IMG/VR virus record: IMGVR_UViG_3300045988_079349
DNA: 23,036 nucleotides
Direction: 5' to 3' (one strand)
From: a virus
Shown: positions 9,123 through 20,147 of the stretch, one piece after another
How positions within the stretch are numbered: the stretch's first letter is position 1
How the letters are laid out: the number at the start of each line of letters is the position of its first letter
Position numbers and translations under genes: made by a program
Notes under the pieces: model-generated
Told to the model about the DNA's origin: nothing
What the model saw: the letters and a program-made list of their open reading frames with translations, nothing else
The model's database searches: none

Positions 9123-11299
9123 TCCATATACCCCACATGTTTAACTCTATTGTTTACTTCATCCTGCTTTCCTTTATTAAAGGCGGTCTTGTAGTTACCA
9201 GTTAGATAGCCTGTTACCCTTCTTAACTGTTGAATTTCTTTACTACCGCACTGAGGGCACTTATCATTAAACTCGCCAGTATATCCGCAATTTAGGCAGG
9301 TGTCACATGGAACATTTATTGCAAAGTATGGAATATCTTTATCCATAGCATAATTTACTAATGTCTCCATAGCATCAATATTCTTTTCCATGCCAGTATC
9401 TAACTCAACATAAGTAATACAACCAGCAGAAGAATATCCAGTTAATTGACTTTCAATATCAATTTTATCAAATGGAGAGAGTTGGTGCCATACTGGTACG
9501 TGCATAGAATTAGTAAAGAACTCTCTATCGCTTACATTAGGAATGATACCATACTTATCACGGAATTTTTTAAGAGAGGTATAGCAAAGATTCTCGGCTG
9601 GAGTATAATATACTCCGAAATTAAGTCTATATTTTTCTTTATACTCTGCGCATCTATCTTTAAATAACTGCTCTATTCTTTTTGCTAATTTCATGCCCTC
9701 TGGCTCAGTATGATCACATCCAATAAGAATTTGTAAAGTTTCTGCCAATCCAATCTGCCCAAGACTCAATGTGCCATGTTGTAAAGCACTTCGAGTAGAA
9801 ATTCCATCATATCCAGCCATTAAGCCATTTTCATACATGAATTTTGCCGAATCCGCAGGTTGCGCACAGATATATTCAAATCTTTCAAGAAGCATATCTT
9901 TCGCTTCTTCGATCTTAATATCTAAAAGTTTCATAAAAGTTTCTACGTCACCATTAGCTTCCATTGCTATTGTTGGCATTATAATAGTAACAGGACAGAT
10001 ATTTCCTCTACCGTCTTTCTGTTGCTTTAAGCCGTTAATATCGAATCCATTAGCAGTTCTACATCCCATTGTAGAGAAATATGTACTTGGATCGTTTACA
10101 TCATATCCGGCATTGCCAGACCAATCTACATTAGCATAATTAGGATATAATCTAGTGGCAGTAGACTTTAATGCTAATCTAAATAAATCGTAATTTGGAT
10201 CTCCAGGCTTCCTATTTACACCTTTCATACATTGGAAAATTCCACAGGGGAAAATTGAAGTCTTGTGAAGTCTACCAAGTCCTTCAATAGAGACTTCCAG
10301 AAGAGCTTTAGTAACCATTCTTCCTTCTGGAAGAGTACAAGTTCCATAGTTAATAGAAGTAAATGGAAGTTGATTGCCGGAACGAGATTGAAGAGTATTT
10401 AGATTATGATACATTCCCTCAACCGCTTGATGAACTTCCTTTTCTGTCATAGCGATAGCATATGAATATGCGCCTTTAAATTCCTTATAGATAGGATCTT
10501 CAATAGACAGTTGATTATTTAATCTATCATCCATGCTAATGACTTGTTCGATATATGTCAATCCATCCATATAATGTTTATAGAAACTTTTTCTTACATA
10601 AGGAATCATAGTCCAATCAAGATGTGTAGCAGAAACGCCACCAAACTGCTGTAAACTTTGAAGCTGAAAGATTACAGCAACAAGTTGAAAAGCTGTATTT
10701 ACTGAACCCGCTGGTCGTACATCAGTTTGTCTTGTATTGAATCCTTTTGCAAGCAAATCATCAAAAGGAATAGAAAGACAGTTATGCATACCTACTGCAT
10801 AAGCATTTAAGTCATGAATATAAATCTCATTATTCTCATGGTTTGCGCGTGATTTATTAGATACAAGATAATCAAGAGCGTACTTCTTCATTTGCAAATC
10901 AGAAGCTGCACCAACTCTTCCGCCGAATGACATTTCATCAACATTAGCATTTTGATTCTCTATATCTGAACCCTGCACTTTGGCAGAAAAGGCTTTCATA
11001 AAATCGTCTTGCCCTTTTCTGGCAATTTCTCTTTTATATCTATATCTAATGTATGCTTTAGCAACGTCTCTCCGCTCAGACTTCATAAGAAAATCTTCCA
11101 CCATGTCTTGAATTTTTTCTACAGAAACCACATCGTCAGAAGTTTTTACTGCATACTTAATTTCATCTGCAATATCATTTGCAGTATCATCTTCATATAA
11201 TTCTCCATCTACTTCGATGAAGGCTTTATTGATAGCGTTGATAATTCGTTCTCTATCAAATGGAACTACTATACCATTTCTTTTCTTTATTTGTAACAT
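9119..11299 (-). CDS. nrdD: Anaerobic (class III) ribonucleoside-triphosphate reductase, 726 aa. No TAG.
   Basis: ATP-cone-like N-terminus, glycyl-radical motif RRVTGYL near the C-terminus, C-terminal Cys cluster CDTCLNCGYTGE...CPQCG. True start is ATG 11297-11299 with SD aaggag 9 nt upstream; the ORF-track start is an upstream TTG. Confidence 0.95.
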   Translation of the reverse strand: MLQIKKRNGIVVPFDRERIINAINKAFIEVDGELYEDDTANDIADEIKYAVKTSDDVVSVEKIQDMVEDFLMKSERRDVAKAYIRYRYKREIARKGQDDFMKAFSAKVQGSDIENQNANVDEMSFGGRVGAASDLQMKKYALDYLVSNKSRANHENNEIYIHDLNAYAVGMHNCLSIPFDDLLAKGFNTRQTDVRPAGSVNTAFQLVAVIFQLQSLQQFGGVSATHLDWTMIPYVRKSFYKHYMDGLTYIEQVISMDDRLNNQLSIEDPIYKEFKGAYSYAIAMTEKEVHQAVEGMYHNLNTLQSRSGNQLPFTSINYGTCTLPEGRMVTKALLEVSIEGLGRLHKTSIFPCGIFQCMKGVNRKPGDPNYDLFRLALKSTATRLYPNYANVDWSGNAGYDVNDPSTYFSTMGCRTANGFDINGLKQQKDGRGNICPVTIIMPTIAMEANGDVETFMKLLDIKIEEAKDMLLERFEYICAQPADSAKFMYENGLMAGYDGISTRSALQHGTLSLGQIGLAETLQILIGCDHTEPEGMKLAKRIEQLFKDRCAEYKEKYRLNFGVYYTPAENLCYTSLKKFRDKYGIIPNVSDREFFTNSMHVPVWHQLSPFDKIDIESQLTGYSSAGCITYVELDTGMEKNIDAMETLVNYAMDKDIPYFAINVPCDTCLNCGYTGEFNDKCPQCGSKEIQQLRRVTGYLTGNYKTAFNKGKQDEVNNRVKHVGYME

Positions 11300-11365
11300 A
11301 TAATACAACTCCTTGTAATATATTTTTTGTTGAACACTATATATTGTGATTTCTAATATAATTAT

Positions 11366-11911
11366 TTAATAGAATTGTCCAAATATAGTATCAACAGCTA
11401 TATCAATATCATCTAAGGTATTGTTCTAAAGAGTTATATATTTTATATCATTAAGAAAACTAAAATCTTCTGTATCCGCTTTGTATCTTCTAATTATTTC
11501 GTCTACATCAGGATTTTCTTCTCTATTCAGCTATCTTAAAAGACGCTACTTACCCGCGGCCCGCACATAAAATACATACAGTTCAATGTTTTCATCTTCC
11601 TGTAAGCATCTAACTCCTTCTGGATTAAATACTCCTATATTTATCTTATCTATTGTTAGACTTTGACTATCTGTTCCATAGTGCCAACCATTAAATTCAG
11701 TAGCCTCTAGCATATCTCCATTTAAGATTTTTCTAATAAAATCTTCAACGGATAAGAAGTGATAATTAACTCCTTCTTTCTCTCCCTGCCTAGGAGGTCG
11801 AGTCGTACAACTAATAATTTCATTGAAATAGGAAGGATACTTCTCCATAATTCTATGGAGAATAGTATCCTTACCGCTTCCTGCTTCACCCATTAATGCT
11901 ACTATCTTCAT
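11366..11911 (-). CDS. gmk: Guanylate kinase-like nucleoside monophosphate kinase, about 182 aa. Extended through TAG 11546, 11531 and 11426 to TAA 11366.
   Basis: P-loop GEAGSGKDT and TTRPPRQGEKEGVNYHF (Gmk signature). The read-through tail KQRLLRQLNREEN...YITLQNN resembles the Gmk C-terminus. Start chosen at ATG 11909-11911, which has SD spacing 9. Confidence 0.8.
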
Positions 11912-14900
11912 CTTCATCTTCTCCTTGTTTTCTTTCGCTTCTCAAGATTAGATCTGTTCCATTGATAATTTCATCAATGTGATAAAGTTGATGGCCTCCA
12001 GAACTTGCATATTTCTTTGTTACAAATTCATCGCCTCGTCTAATCCCTTGCACAACAATCATATTACCTCTATTAAACCAAGACTTCTCTACAACTCTCT
12101 TTGTTCCATCTGCGTTTCTTTGGAAGGTTTGTTTATCAAACAAAGCAAAGTATTCTTGTCTGAATTTAACTGCTACTACTCCAGTTGTTGTAAGAAGATA
12201 TACAGTACTCTTCACCTTATTTTTTGCAATGCACGTCCCGCAGATTTTATGCAGTTTATAAATAGGAATTAAAGAAGCACCTTTTTTAAATACTTTATCT
12301 ACTTGAGGTTCTTCTGGAAGGCTAAAGAAGTCTACAAATCCATATTTGCTATTGTTAATATTCGCTAGCTCATGGTCGTGATAATAAAAACATAGAGATT
12401 CCATTTCCCAAGAAGATATGTTCCCTGAAGCATACTTTTTCCAATCTTCCATAAAGATGGTGGTGTTTAAATTATCTAAAATCGTTTCTTTATTTTCAGA
12501 GATCCAATTTCTAAATACGTCCATGTAACTTTGATAAATTTTATCCCAGGCTTTTATGTCAATATACCATGCTAGATTATCTGTTTCCAATAGATCCTCG
12601 CAATCAATTTCAACGAGAAAGGTGATTGCTCTTTCGTCGAGTTTATATTTTGCTACATTGTAAGGATCTTTACACTCTGCTTTTAGATACCTATTAAATT
12701 CATACACTCTTTTCGGCATCACAAACTTTTCTTCATAGGGGATAAGATCATATCTCATTAACCCAGGAAGGTTTTGTAAAGTAATTCTCTTTTTCTTATC
12801 GCAGGTAATCCATATATATTGAATCATAGCCTCCATACGTGAACTAAACTGGTCGAATCCTCCACCTTTAATTAAAGAAATCATTGCTTGTTTATTAGGA
12901 TGAACTCTGTTATAGAAATCAACAAGAGATACATAGGGTCGATTATCTACAATAGTTTTTATCAGTTCATTATTAACATTTGACAAACCCTTTAATCCGA
13001 AAAGAATCTAGTTATTTTTTACATCTGGCTTAAATCCAAAGTCAGAATTATTAATATCCACAAGGGAAACCTTAATTCCTGCATTACGAATTTCTCCTAT
13101 TGCTTTTGCAATCTTTGTATAATCTGATTGTTCTCCTTCTTCTTCATCAATAGCACCACTATTTACAATCAGATACGCCGTATTCCAATATACCGGATTA
13201 AAATGAGTAGCAAGATACAGAGTTTGCATACCAACAAAACTATAAGCAAGAGCATGGATAATACTGAACGAATAACCCATTTGCGGGCCGATGCCATAAG
13301 TCCAGACATAATGTCCTAACGCGGGAGATTTCGCAGAGTTTAAGACCTTTTCTTTAAGTTCTGGGATTTTATTCATTTGCTTTTTACCAACAATTTTTCT
13401 TGCAGCATTCGCTTCTTCAAGAGTAAATCCGCAGATATTCTCGTCTTGTAACATGGTCATCATTTGTTCTTGGCTAGGAGGAACACCATAAGAACGTAAG
13501 AAATGCGGTTCGAGAATCCTTTGTTCTTCTTTTGTTAATCCTTCTCTGTCCATTTCTTGATACCAAAGAGAAATATTATTCTTAAATCGAACATACTTCT
13601 CCATTGGAGTTTCAGCACCTTTTTCGGAAGTCATTAGGCGCATCAATCCATTCGCGTCAGCCATCTCATGCGGATTTTGAGGTTTAATCTTCTTCGCGGC
13701 TTGTGCACCAACGCTTGAGTCAAATTGGAAACATCCAAGAACATCACCATTAGCTAAAGCATCCCACATTTTTTTATCATCTTGAGGCAAGACAGATGGA
13801 TGAAGATATTTATTATATACTTCTCTTAAAGTTAAATCTTTTTCGATAACTCCATCTTCTTGTAGTAATTCAACAGCTTGGATAATAATATCTTGAACTG
13901 CTGTTAAGAGAAAGTCATACTTAACAGAACCAGCAGCCTCTTGGTCATGCAAATCCCATTGAGTAATTAATGCACCCTTTGGTGTTCTCATAACTGCGGC
14001 ACTGTCGAAAATATTTTCATCAAACAAAATAACGCCGGATGCATGACTAGAACGTTTATTTACAAGCCCTTGAATTCTAGTAATAATATCTAGAAGACCG
14101 GGATATTGATTTACAGTATTTACAAATGTAGTAACTGCTTTACGTCCCTTTTCTGGGTTTCCATTAACGACGTCCTCAATGGGCCACAAGAAGCCTCTTT
14201 CCTGCGGAATTAGGGAACTCATATATTGAGCCATATCAACATCAATACCTTCTGGATAATCGTCAGATCTATAACCTCTACAGGCTGTCAATATGGCAGA
14301 TTTAGTTCCCTCAGTTCCGAAGGTACATACTTGGACTAGCCCTAATTCTCCTCGTTCTTTTCTGATTTCAGCAAAGATTTTTTGAATCTTAGATGGAGCC
14401 AAGTCCAAATCAATATCTCCAAGTTCTGTTCTTTTGTCATTGATATATCTCCAGAAAGGAAGATCCCATTCGATTGGATCCAGCTGAGTAATTCCAAGAA
14501 GATAATGATTAAGAGCTGCACAAGCCGAACCTCGACCCGCACCTACCGTACTTCCGCAATCCCAAAACAAATCAACATAGTGTTTTAATGTATTTGGATA
14601 AGCGAACATACAAGTTTGTAATTTCTCTCCAATCACTCTCTTTACTCTTGCTTCTTCTTCAAGTCTTTCTGGATATTCTGGTCTATCAATCCAATCAATA
14701 CCTTTTGCTTCTAGCGCTTTCCAGCATTCATTTATCCAATAACGCTCTTGAATATTATCGGAAGTGAAAAGTGATTTTAGGATTGGATACTTAGACATTT
14801 CATCTGCATAATCATTGTTAGTTCCCCACCATGCAGTAGGAGGGTAATCAGTTACTTCTACTTCTGGAATAGACTGATGCTTTTCCAGAGAGTAAAATTC

Positions 14901-15788
14901 TATTTTATCTTTAATCTCGTTTGAGCAATTAAAAATCCAATCAATAATATTATCTTCATAGCTCAAACGAAGTAATTCTCTAGTTTCAGTTTCGTCCATA
15001 AGACGAGTAAATTCATAGAAGCTATCGACTTCTCTTTCTCCGCCCTTAGAATTTAAATATGCTTTATGGACATATCTATCTTCTTTTGTTAGATAGTGGG
15101 CATCTGTGCCGATACACATATTAACAGAGAACGCTTCTGCAATTTTTAACATTCTTTTATTTGCAATAATCTGGTCAGGATATGACGCTGGTGCGCACTC
15201 AATATAAAAATCATCTTGACCAAATACATCTATACAGAAAGTAATAAAATCTACAATCTGTTGATGATAACGCTTTGCGTTTACTTCATCTTTTATTTCT
15301 TCACAATTATTTAGATTTAAAATGGATTGACCTAATTCACCGCCAATACAAGCAGTAGTGCCAATAATATGCCCTTTAAATCTCTGCATTACATCTTTTA
15401 ATTCTGATTTAAGCAAAGGAACTCTTTCCATTCTTCTATCATAATAACCATTCATCCAGGCGATAGAAGATAACTCCTTTAGTCCCCTATAACCAATTTC
15501 GTCTTTAGCAATTAAGATAAAGTGATAGTATCTTTGTCCTAAATCTCTAGTATCTGTAAGATAGATTTCATTACCAAGAGCTATAACAAAACTGGGATTA
15601 GTTTCTTTGATTTTTTTCGCATATTTATTTACTCTCATATGCGCGGAGAGAGATTCGTGGTCCGTGATAGCTATTCCCGTTAATCCAACTTCAATAGCTT
15701 TATCAATCAGCTCTTCTGGTTTATTTATACAGTCAAGCAAACGCAAGTTACTAAACTCCGTATGCGAATGATTGTTAAAGTAACTCAT
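11886..15788 (-). CDS. dnaE: DnaE-type DNA polymerase III alpha subunit (PHP domain, polymerase core, HhH, OB), about 1300 aa. ORF-track ORFs 13008..15788 and 11886..12986 are one gene joined in frame across TAG 13008-13010.
   Basis: N-terminal PHP motifs (HSHTEFSNLRLLD, GLTGIAITDHESL). The C-terminal piece has the HhH motif (LIKGGGFDQF) and OB fold. Same reading frame, no other stop. SD agagagg with ATG 15786-15788. Confidence 0.9.
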
Positions 15789-15830
15789 ATTATACCTCTC
15801 TTATATTACTATATAATATATTATACTATA

Positions 15831-17006
15831 TTATTTCTTTAAAATCAATGTTAGTTTCTTTGCTGCTCTAGTGCAGGCGGTATAAAGCCATCTAGCATGC
15901 TCTTCTTTATCGAAAGGAAAATTTTCCTCTATAACCAATACATTGTCCCATTGTGAACCCTAGGCTCTATGAGTAGTGATTGCGTACCCATAGTTAAACT
16001 CTATTGGGAGAGGTGGATTATCCTTTCTTTTATTAAGATAATATTCTTGCTGTGGAGTAAAAGTTTTCTTACCTGTTAAAAGCGAATTATAATCAATAGG
16101 AACATCAAGATAGGTGTCTCCAGAGGTTGTCTCAATACTAGAAAGAAGTATTTGAGCCGTAAAAGATTCAGTAAGAGTTTTGTACTGCATAGTAACTAGA
16201 GAGAAATCTTTTAAGTAACCTATTGTGCCGTTGATAAGAGGGTTTTCATCTTTAACAGAACAAATATCCCACGTATTTCTTAGACAAATAACTTTATCGT
16301 CTCTTTCTGGTTCTGAGCTTCTTCCGGCATCAAGTCTCATAAACTAATTTATATCAAATCTATTCTTATTTGTCGCAACAAGAATTTCATCGGCCCAACC
16401 GTACATCCCAGCTACAAGTTCTTGTTTTCTAAATATTTGAGTATCATTTCCTCGCATTGGAACGATTGATTTGCCTTCTCTGATATTCATACTTGTAACA
16501 ATAATATCGCTTTCTTTAGCTTGTCTCATTACCTCATCTAAGAAAATATGCGGGTTGTCAAGTATATGGTTTTCTTTAGTCTTGTCTACAGGTGGCAACT
16601 GGAACGGGTCGCCGCAAGCAATAACATATACTCCATGAGAAAGTAACAATTCCCACATATCAATAGGTAACATAGATACCTCGTCTACAACAATAAGACT
16701 ATATTCAATATGTGGCCGAGGTTTATAAACAAACTTACCATTAGGCATTTGTTTACTATAATAAAGTAATCTATGCGCGGTTTGAGCATTAGGACACCCT
16801 TTTTCTCGCAGTACTTCTGAAGCCTTTCCAGTAAAAGCGATATAAGCAACCTCTTCCTCATACATATTAAGAGCAGCCACAATAAATTTAATTAAGGTGC
16901 TTTTCCCTGTTCCTGCGTATCCCGCGATACAAGTATATGGTTCGTGAGCTTTATATCTTGCTACCGCTATTTTTAATCCTTCCTCTTGTTTACGAGTTAG
17001 TTCCAT
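15831..17006 (-). CDS. RecD/Dda-like SF1 DNA helicase, about 391 aa. ORFs 16344..17006 and 15960..16340 are joined across TAG 16344 and extended across TAG 15960 to TAA 15831.
   Basis: Walker A GYAGTGKST. Motif VI reads AITTHRA-Q-GSQWD with TAG exactly on the conserved Gln of the SF1 QGSE motif. Then LYTACTRAAKKLTLI, the RecD C-terminal signature. Confidence 0.8.
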
Positions 17007-17212
17007 TAGTCATGTTCTCCAATCAAATCATCAAGAATTTCATAGAAACGCAGTTTATCTCGTTCAGCTAAAGAAAGTGCCATATGTGGATTGTCTTTAC
17101 GAGTAGTTTTCATTTCAAGTTGAGCTTGAGCATCTCTAGCTATATTATATCTTAAACAAAGACTATCATATCCATATCCTTTAATTTTTTTCTCAATATC
17201 TTTATATTCCAT
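17006..17212 (-). CDS. Hypothetical small protein, 68 aa.
   Basis: ATG 17210-17212 with SD gaggt. Its TAA stop overlaps the helicase ATG. Confidence 0.45.
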   Translation of the reverse strand: MEYKDIEKKIKGYGYDSLCLRYNIARDAQAQLEMKTTRKDNPHMALSLAERDKLRFYEILDDLIGEHD

Positions 17213-17252
17213 ATATTTTACCTCGAAAAATAGTTAAAGCCATTTTAGTTCC

Positions 17253-17287
17253 TGCGGACGGCCGTCTAGGTTCCGGCCAGTCCGCAG
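17253..17287 (-). terminator. GC-rich hairpin ctgcggacggccg / cggcc-a-gtccgcag, 11 nt downstream of the lysozyme-like gene stop. Candidate intrinsic terminator or processing site.
   Basis: Inverted repeat seen directly. It is the most GC-rich 35 bp in the window. Confidence 0.45.
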
Positions 17288-17297
17288 ATATTTCATT

Positions 17298-18065
17298 TTA
17301 GCTTACAAAATAATTATACGCGATAATTGCATTATTTTGTCTTGTCGTATAACTTCCAGATCCACACCTCTCATAGCATTTCGCAAATGCTAAAGCAGCA
17401 TCAGTTATACTTGTCATATTTAGAAAATCATTATAGTCAAACCCTTTCTTATAGGCGTGACCGAATGTATTAAATTCATATTCAATAGTATTTTCCAAAT
17501 AATTGCATTGCTCTTCTAATGAGGCTCCCCAAACCTCAGAATACGCTTTATTCCACTGACACATTCCATAATATGAAGAATTGCTTAATTCATATTGAAT
17601 GTTCAATGTATTACCACCAACTTCAGTCATTATATTACCAAGTATGCCCGCACAAACTTGATCGTTATAACCTAAGTCTTTGAAATAGCTCCAAATATAT
17701 GTTGCCACTGGGTACTCTTCTTCCTTTTGATGCCAATGTTCCATGAGGTTATCATATACATCTTGATAAGATTGTCTTAGCTCATTCGCCTTATCATATT
17801 CATTCACGGCTAGTTCGATAACATCATGATTTTCAGAATAGCCTAACTGTCTAGCAGCATCGGCCATTTGATGTGCGGCGTTCATATTAGAGATTTGTTC
17901 CGCAATAAGCTCAACCAATGTATCTAAATCATTATAGGTATAACTAATACTGCTGTTATACGGTACTGAATATGCTGATGCAATAGAAATGAAAGGACTA
18001 TTGCAACTACACATTATAGATAATAAAATGATTAAACTTAGTATAATACTCATAAAACGTCTCAT
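17298..18065 (-). CDS. Secreted lysozyme-like peptidoglycan hydrolase (phage tail-lysozyme / Phage_lysozyme2-like domain) with N-terminal Sec signal peptide, about 255 aa.
   Basis: Signal peptide MRRFMSIILSLIILLSIMCSCNSPFISIASA with an AxA cleavage site. Family motifs CAGILGNIMTEVGG and YGMCQWNKAYSE. Start taken at the internal ATG (18063-18065) that has an aaaggagg SD. Confidence 0.55.
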   Translation of the reverse strand: MRRFMSIILSLIILLSIMCSCNSPFISIASAYSVPYNSSISYTYNDLDTLVELIAEQISNMNAAHQMADAARQLGYSENHDVIELAVNEYDKANELRQSYQDVYDNLMEHWHQKEEEYPVATYIWSYFKDLGYNDQVCAGILGNIMTEVGGNTLNIQYELSNSSYYGMCQWNKAYSEVWGASLEEQCNYLENTIEYEFNTFGHAYKKGFDYNDFLNMTSITDAALAFAKCYERCGSGSYTTRQNNAIIAYNYFVS

Positions 18066-18104
18066 TGTGATTGTTTCCTCCTTTAGTAAGAGGTTGCGCA
18101 ATCA

Positions 18105-19856
18105 TTAAAAGTAATACTTCTATCTACTTATAATTTCATAATCTGTAATAATAATTTGTGGTGTCACACTACCGAAGTATCTATTTACTTCTGGTTTACC
18201 AATCAAATTTATACTCACGCAACCTAATTCGCTAGATAAATTATCTAGCTCCTCTTCGCTTGATTTAAACTTGATGCAAGTAACTCCATTTGGTAATTGA
18301 ATCTTCAAAGTAGGATTCTTGTCTCGTGACATGAGACCAATCATATCATTTGTTACTGCAACATTTTCCACCGCGATAAGCGGCTCGTCGATATTTTGAC
18401 CCCAAAGATATTTTGCATCGCCTAAATCGAGAATATCCTTAGAATTAATATCTGACATAGAGTAAATAAAATCTACCTTGTAACTTGGAGAAAATTCTAT
18501 ATCTTTTAGCTATTTATCTGACCATGAAATAAAACTTTCAAAATCTTTATCATAAATACCAAAACCGAAAGCATTGGCGTGTCCTTCGGCGAGGAATACT
18601 AAGTTTGATTCTTTAACAAACTATCTAAAGTCTTTCATTTTAGATTTTTCATATCCTCTAGCAGACCCTTCCCAAGCCTCCAATCCTTCATGCTCTGTTT
18701 TAGAAAGAAGAACTACAGGTCGTTTATATTTACTCATTAACTCGTTAGCAATTAACCCAGTAATACCTCTATCAATAGACATATTATCTAATTTAATTGC
18801 CAGAACTTTATGCTCCAGAAGATTATTTTCCTAGATTATATTCTCTATACATTCAACTTCTGCATCTCTAGTTCTAGTCTAACGATTTTTAACATTAGTA
18901 CAAACTCTTAGTGCTTGTTCTAATCTTGTTTCTTCTTGTCCCTTACATCCTCGTTTAGTAGAAGGAATAAGATCATATGCTTTCCATTCAAGCATACTTT
19001 CAAATAGAATCTACTTTTCGTCTTGAGTACCCACACGAGTAATAGCATTAACAAGAGGAACAATATAGAACGCTACTCCTATAGGAGTTAAATCTCCTTT
19101 CCCTAACTAATAAACATTTTTATCAGCCATACCTTTAATAAATGGATTGCGGAGACTCGATCTCTATAGCCCCTACTGGATAAGATAATGAGTTTCAAAA
19201 TCTCGAATATCCATCATGTCTCCAACAAGACCAGTTGCTACAATATCAAGATAATCGTCCGCATATGCGGTTCCGCAAATACTATCCATATATTGGCATA
19301 GCTTATAAACTACTCCTACACCAGATAATGATTTTGTTGGATAATCGCAAAGCTGATTATTAACAACGCAGGCATATTCGGATACTTTATCTGCTAAGTG
19401 ATGGTCTATGACCAGTACGTCAATTCCGCGATTAGCTAGTTCTTCATGCTCTTGATAATCATTGGAGCTAGAATCTGGCGCAATAACAAGTGAAACATTT
19501 TCGGGGATTAACTCTGGTTTTATTCCATGAATCTTGCCAGAATGAAAGTTATAAATAAACTTGTTAATGGCCGAAGGAAATTGTGCATGAAGGTAGTTTA
19601 ATAACAACGCAGAAGAAGTATATCCATCACAGTCGCTATCTACCTAGATATAGATGTAAGAATCGTCCTTTAAAATATGTTTAATAATTAATTTAGCAGC
19701 GTCCTCAATGTTATTGAGAAGTAAGGGGGATAAATTATCTTTTTCTGATACTGTTAAATAATGCTATATATCATTATACTAAATACCCCTATTAACTAAT
19801 ACTTGCTCTAAAGCACTATAATTCTAATTTCTTGGATTTATTAATGAATATTCCAA
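18105..19856 (-). CDS. RecJ-like DHH/DHHA1 phosphoesterase (ssDNA exonuclease-like), about 583 codons with 12 in-frame TAG (19824, 19779, 19764, 19644, 19173, 19107, 19011, 18879, 18831, 18621, 18510, 18120). Candidate TTG start at 19854-19856 after SD agggag; stop TAA 18105. Merges ORF-track ORFs 19173..19607 and 18120..18458 plus uncalled sequence.
   Basis: One continuous frame checked codon by codon. Motif I VDSDCDGYTSSALLL, motif II LVIAPD, motif III VLVIDHH, DHHA1 GHANAFGFG. N-terminal LVNRGI resembles RecJ. Confidence 0.75.
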
Positions 19857-19862
19857 TCCTTA

Positions 19863-20147
19863 TCACTCCCTTTTATTTTGATGCGCCAGTCCTGTTCCAT
19901 TACAGCCCCTACATTTAATATAATCACTTAGATCATTAGGGTCTGGCCTATCATCCTCTGCGCAAGATCTGTTTCTTAGAACACGACCTGTACCGTTACA
20001 ATATTCACACGCTTGATTTATTTCTCTAAGTTTTTCTAAACTATCTAAATATGGTTGAATTTTCTTATTATACCTCTGCGCCAATTCATTTAGCTCTTTT
20101 TCTATTGATTTAATAGCAGGTACTAAGTTTAGAACTTCTTTACTCAT
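19863..20147 (-). CDS. Small DnaJ-type zinc-finger protein (two CxxCxGxG repeats: CEYCNGTG, CRGCNGTG), 94 aa.
   Basis: The motifs were read directly. TGA stop; no TAG. Confidence 0.5.
   Translation of the reverse strand: MSKEVLNLVPAIKSIEKELNELAQRYNKKIQPYLDSLEKLREINQACEYCNGTGRVLRNRSCAEDDRPDPNDLSDYIKCRGCNGTGLAHQNKRE

Noticed and set aside
11300-11365. Possible small gene or tRNA in the gap between the gmk-like and nrdD genes.
   Set aside because: Only a 16-codon ATG ORF is present. There is no cloverleaf-like structure, and the gap holds the nrdD SD, so it is treated as intergenic.
17298-18065. Lipoprotein call for the lysozyme-like protein (Cys after the hydrophobic core).
   Set aside because: The residues before Cys (S-I-M-C) do not fit a lipobox, whereas an AxA signal-peptidase I site (IASA) follows. 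It is called secreted rather than lipoprotein.
19600-19860. Apparent frameshift separating RecJ motif I from the rest of the gene.
   Set aside because: It arose from my own mis-transcription of line 19621. On re-reading, motif I (VDSDCDGYTSSALL) is in the same frame as motifs II-IV, so no frameshift is present.
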